Assembly: GCF_008189405.1 (NCBI RefSeq) | Contig: NZ_CP043316.1 | Span: 240,001-272,000 of the forward strand | Length of the DNA: 32,000 nt | From: Candidatus Saccharimonadota bacterium | GTDB taxonomy: Bacteria > Pseudomonadota > Alphaproteobacteria > CAJXXZ01 > 1604HC | Direction: 5' to 3' | Part shown: positions 27,889-32,000 of the stretch, piece after piece | Layout of the letters: the number at the start of each line of letters is the position of its first letter | Numbering within the stretch: position 1 is the first letter of the stretch | Made by a program: the position numbers and the translations under genes | The notes under the pieces: generated by a model | What the model was told of the DNA's origin: nothing | Database searches by the model: none | The model's input: only the letters and a program-made list of their open reading frames with translations

Positions 27889-29387
27889 ATGCCCTCCTTT
27901 CTATATAGTTCAAAGCATAATTTTTTACTTTGTTTGTTATAATTTGCTGTATTTATAATTTGTATTCCTGTTTCTTGATTGTTGTTTTTTATATATTGCA
28001 CTTTCATTTTGTTCGCATCTAATTCAATTTCATTTTGATCATAGTTTCTTTGTAGAACAAAATTCTCATAATGCTCTATGGATGTTAGATTAATATATTG
28101 CTCTGCGAAATACTGCTTATCATCCATGGTATATCCACTTATTTCAGATTGTATAGGCTGCTTAGGTTCAGAAAAGTACAATATAAATTTAATTTCTTTC
28201 TTATCATATTGAAATATCTTTTCATAAGAGAAAACGTGAGCATATCTCATTTGGTTATTTATGTCTATAAATTGAACTTTATCCATAACTTCGATGAAAG
28301 CCCAATATTCCCAAGGTCCAGTTACTGATACCATATAATCATATGCATTTTTTTTGATATAACAATTAAGGATCTTTAGTAGCTGCTTAAATATATTTTG
28401 GCCAATTTCACTATTAAATAAAGTATCATTTAATCCATTATTATTTGCCAATGCAATTTGTGAGTAGTGTTTAACCCAATATTCATCATTGCCATTTTTA
28501 TCAGAATAATGAGTTTGTATACATTCATATACTACATTGTTTTTATTTACTTTATCATATAGTTCATAATAGGTATTTTGCTTCCATTTATTATATTGTG
28601 GAATATATTGATCACCCTTTAAATGGATATCAAATTTTTTTATATTTTGTATATGGGTGCTTATTTCCCACGTTTCAGATTTTTTGATTTTCTCTATTGT
28701 TCTTAATATATATTCTTCTTTATCTGCCAATACGATTGATTGATCTACAATATATTTACCTATTTTATTATTTTTCTTTGGCAAATTATTTCTGATATTT
28801 TGCATTATTTGATCAGTCATATATGGCATGCACTTGATTATGTCTATAAATTGCGGCTTATATTTAGTCCAGTGAATATTAATATTACATTTTGAAGTTT
28901 GTGTTTTGTTAGGTAATATATATTCTTTGGTATATATAGTATTATTCACCACACTTGTTTGATAATTAGTATCATTATGTTTATTTATGTTAAATACTTG
29001 CATTACAGAATTAAATCTTAATATATCATTTAATGGTTTTTTTTCAGGGTTGAAAACCTCGTTGATTGGATCTAATTCAAATTCTTTTTTTATTTTGTCC
29101 TGATTAGGCTCTGATATAGCAGTAAATATTACACAGTTTTCAGTGATTTTTTTATTCAGAATTTTCCCAATAAATATGATATTGTTTTTATATATAAGAT
29201 GGCAGTATCTTAATAAGTTTATTTCTTCAATATTGCGTATATATATAATAATAACTGCTTGAGATTTATTATTTACATTTTGTGATATTTTGATAGATTT
29301 AATTTGAAACGTACTTTCTTGTGCTGTATGGTTACTTATGCTGTGAAGATTAGTTTCATTTTTAATCCCAAGAAAAGTTATCTTCAT
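27885..29387 (-). CDS. Hypothetical phage-associated protein, possibly a tail, baseplate or receptor-binding protein
   Basis: 500 aa counted from ATG 29387, which forms an ATGA overlap with the upstream stop; the track start is 29411. It contains an aromatic motif, PQYNKWKQNTYYELYDKVNKNNVVYECIQTHYSDKNGNDEYWVKH, that resembles CBM5/12-type carbohydrate-binding repeats found in phage fibers. No other family recognised. Confidence 0.35.
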   Translation of the reverse strand: MKITFLGIKNETNLHSISNHTAQESTFQIKSIKISQNVNNKSQAVIIIYIRNIEEINLLRYCHLIYKNNIIFIGKILNKKITENCVIFTAISEPNQDKIKKEFELDPINEVFNPEKKPLNDILRFNSVMQVFNINKHNDTNYQTSVVNNTIYTKEYILPNKTQTSKCNINIHWTKYKPQFIDIIKCMPYMTDQIMQNIRNNLPKKNNKIGKYIVDQSIVLADKEEYILRTIEKIKKSETWEISTHIQNIKKFDIHLKGDQYIPQYNKWKQNTYYELYDKVNKNNVVYECIQTHYSDKNGNDEYWVKHYSQIALANNNGLNDTLFNSEIGQNIFKQLLKILNCYIKKNAYDYMVSVTGPWEYWAFIEVMDKVQFIDINNQMRYAHVFSYEKIFQYDKKEIKFILYFSEPKQPIQSEISGYTMDDKQYFAEQYINLTSIEHYENFVLQRNYDQNEIELDANKMKVQYIKNNNQETGIQIINTANYNKQSKKLCFELYRKEGI

Positions 29388-29848
29388 ACTTCTTCCAACT
29401 GTAATTGCCAAACTGAATTTAAGTTTTTTGTTTCAAATGTTAGGTTTGTTGCTACTACTTCTAATAATGGCCTATAGCTTATTTCTCCATCTTCTAATTG
29501 GTGAATGTGATTTATGAGGCTAAATGGAATTATTTCTCCTTCAGTTGGTTGGAAAAACAGAGAATTAGGTACAATTTTATGCTCAACATGTATTGTTTCA
29601 TCTTTTCTGACGCTTTGGTATATTCTGGTTTCACATTCTAAACATAATATTTCATGCATTTTAATATATGGGGTATACCCTGTTCCATATATAGTAGATT
29701 TGTATTTTAATCCAGTACCATATTGTATGATTGCTTCTCCATTTGCACTTCTTCTAATCAGGTTATTGATTTCTAAAGTTTGGTAACAGTTATTTGTGAG
29801 AAGGCTTTTACCACTTTGGTCATTTTTATATTTTAAACTTAGCTTCAT
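29384..29848 (-). CDS. Hypothetical phage-associated protein
   Basis: 154 aa from ATG 29848, with AAGGA 5 nt upstream; the track start is TTG 29878. It overlaps the preceding ORF by 23 nt. Family not recognised. Confidence 0.35.
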   Translation of the reverse strand: MKLSLKYKNDQSGKSLLTNNCYQTLEINNLIRRSANGEAIIQYGTGLKYKSTIYGTGYTPYIKMHEILCLECETRIYQSVRKDETIHVEHKIVPNSLFFQPTEGEIIPFSLINHIHQLEDGEISYRPLLEVVATNLTFETKNLNSVWQLQLEEV

Positions 29849-30179
29849 ATATATCCTTTGTTGGTAGTTTTTTAGCAATGATTTTAAATTGTATAGTTGA
29901 TTTTTTTATATCAATATTACAATATTGGCATCCTTTTATTTTGCATATTGCGCTTTGTAATTTAAGAAAGTCTTCATAATATGTATTGTTGATTTTAAAT
30001 TTGCGTAATGTTGCATGATAACTTATAGATATTTCTTCATAATCTTCAGCATAATCAGATATTTCAATGTTTAGAGCATTTTGTGCACTATGATTTTCTA
30101 ATCCTATATATGATGATGGAAATATACTTTGAGCAATATTAATAATAATTTGATTGTATGTTTGTATGTTTTGATTCAT
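29826..30179 (-). CDS. Hypothetical phage-associated protein, at the position of a tail-completion/terminator protein
   Basis: 117 aa with AAGGAA 9 nt upstream of the ATG. Its size and its position after the adaptor fit a gp8/DUF3168-type neck protein, but I see no diagnostic motif. Confidence 0.3.
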   Translation of the reverse strand: MNQNIQTYNQIIINIAQSIFPSSYIGLENHSAQNALNIEISDYAEDYEEISISYHATLRKFKINNTYYEDFLKLQSAICKIKGCQYCNIDIKKSTIQFKIIAKKLPTKDIYEAKFKI

Positions 30180-30182
30180 GTT

Positions 30183-30581
30183 TTATATTCCTTGATTATT
30201 GTTTGTGATGTGTATATTTTCAGTATTTAATAGTGTGGTTTGAGTAATTTCTTTTGCAAAAAAATATCCATATCTCTTATTAATTGGTTGTAATGAAGAA
30301 TTGATTTTAATATATTTATTATTCCATACACCTATATCAAATATTTCTACATTAATATTGCAAACAATGCCAAAAAAATTATGTATTAACCCTTTTTGCT
30401 TTTGGTGTAAGTTTAATGGTATTACGTGACACCATATTGGTTCTTTTTTATGCTCTGATTGTACATATTTTCCATGTAAAAACATTTCACTTATCTTGAT
30501 TGGCTCAATTATTTCTCTTAACCGTGGCACATTACCTTGCATAATATAGCTCCATTTTTTGGAGCGATTATTAGTATTCAT
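30183..30581 (-). CDS. Phage head-tail adaptor / head-closure protein (Phage_H_T_join-like)
   Basis: 132 aa. The pattern G.V.RLREII.P...........EPIWCHVIPL......IVCNINV.I.D.GVWNNKYIKINS follows G.L.hri.i....W..i.p......i.w.g..y.I. TAATG overlap with the upstream gene. Confidence 0.5.
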   Translation of the reverse strand: MNTNNRSKKWSYIMQGNVPRLREIIEPIKISEMFLHGKYVQSEHKKEPIWCHVIPLNLHQKQKGLIHNFFGIVCNINVEIFDIGVWNNKYIKINSSLQPINKRYGYFFAKEITQTTLLNTENIHITNNNQGI

Positions 30582-31111
30582 TAAAATTTATTACTCATGC
30601 TTTTATATGAATTTAACAATACACTATTATATTTGATTTGATCTTCAATTACAGTTGTGCCACTATATATTACATCAAATTGCTGGAATATATATTGCAA
30701 TATAGATTGAGGTAATGTTTCTTTTGTAAAACCTGCATCATATGTAATTCTAATTTTTTTATTTAGAAACCTTTTATCTAATATGATAGTTCGATAATCA
30801 GTGTGTATTATTTGATCAAAAAATTTAGTCGCTCTGAAATTACTGCTATTACTATTGCATGTTTCAACAGAAATAATGTTTGTGATGGGAGATTTTGGCA
30901 AATAAACTTTGATTTGTTTATTAATATAACACCATGTTTTTTGCACAATTGACCTATCCGTATATGTTTCAGCTTGACTAATTGCTATTCTTAAGATTTT
31001 CTCAATATATTCATCATTCTGTTGTGGAGGAATATTGAAATGCTTTCTAATCAAATCTAAATCTACAGGTAATTCAGAGCTTTCTTTCTGTAATTGTAAA
31101 GAGTAAGACAT
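30581..31111 (-). CDS. Phage gp6-like head-tail connector protein (Phage_connect_1-like)
   Basis: VDLDLIRKHFNIPPQQNDEYIEKILRIAISQAETYTDRSIVQKTW matches the characteristic l..lK.HLRvd.d.dD.li..li.aA...ie.yt.r.l..qtw block. Confidence 0.7.
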   Translation of the reverse strand: MSYSLQLQKESSELPVDLDLIRKHFNIPPQQNDEYIEKILRIAISQAETYTDRSIVQKTWCYINKQIKVYLPKSPITNIISVETCNSNSSNFRATKFFDQIIHTDYRTIILDKRFLNKKIRITYDAGFTKETLPQSILQYIFQQFDVIYSGTTVIEDQIKYNSVLLNSYKSMSNKF

Positions 31112-31122
31112 TTAATTTACTC

Positions 31123-32000
31123 TTATTCTTTTCCAGATTCTTTTGAATCTATAAACCCTACAAATGCATCAGGTCTAATTACTTTAGATCCAATATGTTT
31201 TCTAACATAATTTTGAATTAATGGTTTCCTGCTGTATTTATCATGTAATGCAAACAAATGCTCATGCTCTGCAATTGCATAACCGCTGTTTAGGTTACAG
31301 AAAATCAGTTTGCACTCTTTTCCTTCTAATTCTGGCATAAAATGAATTGGGTAATTCAAGAAAGAATGATGATTAGAGTCTATCCTAATAAGTGGCCTTC
31401 CAGCATTATCATTGAGTTTTAGAAATTCATTGTACATACTTCTAGTCATTAACCACTTTGCATTATCATGCAATTCTTCTGGAAGCTTACTGACCATTTG
31501 CATTGCTGCTTCATATCCAAATTTACCTCTCACAATGTATTTGTCATCTGATGGAATAATACTATCAATTTTATTTTCCACACCATCTACAAATAATTGC
31601 CTTTCTTTTTTAGAAATATCATTTGCAACTTTTGCGATTACAAATTCATTAAAATTCAATGGTCTTGGTTGGCACATCATATCTTGTGTGATATTTGCAC
31701 ATGCTTCGATTGCATGCATTTCAATGAGGTGTTTTTGAAATGATACAGTAGTTGAGTTTTCATTATCATATTCATGGTCAATGCTTTGTTCCTGAACGTT
31801 AAATGAATCCATAAACATTAACTCAAATGAATTGCCTTTAGATACTTTATAAGTTGATGAAAATGCTCTTACTGGAGATAAGTAGCTAGTTTGCTCTAAT
31901 AAGTATTGGTTTAGATTTGGTATGCATACATACCCTCCCATATCCTCTTGATTTGCACTTTTAGTTTCTGTAGATTTTCCTGTGCGTACATAATCTCCAA
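31123..32000 (-). CDS. HK97-family phage major capsid protein. Partial: the 5' end is beyond the window.
   Basis: The frame is open to the window edge: GDYVRTGKSTETKSANQEDMGGYVCIPNL..YLSPVRAF. The C-terminal blocks are GRPLIRID...FLNYPIHFMPEL and CNLNSGYAIAEHE..........VRKHIGSKVIRPDAFVGF. Both match the HK97 capsid pattern (YLR.G, GGYLVP, SP.R, LLG.PV...MP, GDF..GY.I.DR, R.GG.V..P.AF). Confidence 0.8.
   Translation of the reverse strand, partial: GDYVRTGKSTETKSANQEDMGGYVCIPNLNQYLLEQTSYLSPVRAFSSTYKVSKGNSFELMFMDSFNVQEQSIDHEYDNENSTTVSFQKHLIEMHAIEACANITQDMMCQPRPLNFNEFVIAKVANDISKKERQLFVDGVENKIDSIIPSDDKYIVRGKFGYEAAMQMVSKLPEELHDNAKWLMTRSMYNEFLKLNDNAGRPLIRIDSNHHSFLNYPIHFMPELEGKECKLIFCNLNSGYAIAEHEHLFALHDKYSRKPLIQNYVRKHIGSKVIRPDAFVGFIDSKESGKE

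Larger units (their letters stand above)
27317..32000 (-). mobile_element. Phage-derived structural gene cluster (prophage remnant or GTA-like locus). The upstream part lies beyond the window edge.
   Basis: Nine co-oriented, overlapping or near-abutting ORFs begin with an HK97-type capsid protein, a gp6-like connector and a head-tail adaptor. The cluster ends 298 bp from lysC. Confidence 0.6.

Noticed and set aside
29826-29878. Possible programmed -1 frameshift (G/GT-like) at the GCT AAA AAA CTA run in the overlap between the 117-aa and 154-aa ORFs
   Set aside because: The downstream ORF is in the +1 frame relative to the upstream one, not the -1 frame. It also has its own ATG (29848) with an AAGGA Shine-Dalgarno sequence. 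An ordinary overlapping gene pair is the simpler reading.
1-32000. Alternative genetic code (TGA read as Trp), as in some tiny endosymbiont genomes
   Set aside because: TGA terminates several ORFs at their expected natural ends (ftsA, rne, the 500-aa ORF), often in ATGA coupling junctions. Conserved Trp positions use TGG. The standard bacterial code fits.

Overview
This is a visibly AT-rich, gene-dense window that looks like a reduced alphaproteobacterial genome, probably a Rickettsiales- or Holosporales-like intracellular bacterium. That placement is an inference from three things: the atpB-atpE-b'-b gene order, the rsmG-parA-parB block, and N/K/S-rich insertions in otherwise conserved proteins. 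About 27 kb is housekeeping: infA, rsmA, rho, rnhB, murC, RNase E/G, xseA, dedA, rsmG-parA-parB, tRNA-Arg(CCU), the F0 ATP synthase operon, ftsA-ftsZ, dapE and lysC. Envelope genes are also present: a lipoprotein secretin, a catalytically dead HtrA-like protein, a SurA-like protein, a putative outer-membrane barrel and a partial tricorn-like protease. The only clearly accessory region is 27317..32000 on the minus strand. It holds a tightly translationally coupled phage-derived operon that enters from the window edge: an HK97-type major capsid protein, a gp6-like head-tail connector and a head-tail adaptor, followed by five ORFs (117, 154, 500, 26 and 164 aa) that I cannot assign to any family. 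No tape-measure, integrase or lysin gene is visible, and the operon ends directly against lysC. This is the best candidate for something undescribed, either a domesticated or GTA-like particle locus or an unusual distal phage module. Secondary oddities are a 48-bp perfect duplication of the tRNA-Arg 3' end plus its flank (att-like), loss of all three catalytic residues in the HtrA homologue, an orphan secretin, a 777-bp ORF-free spacer between atpF and ftsZ, and an rnhB with no canonical start codon upstream of its catalytic motif. No CRISPR array, IS element or rRNA was seen. All family calls rest on motif recognition by eye, not on searches.
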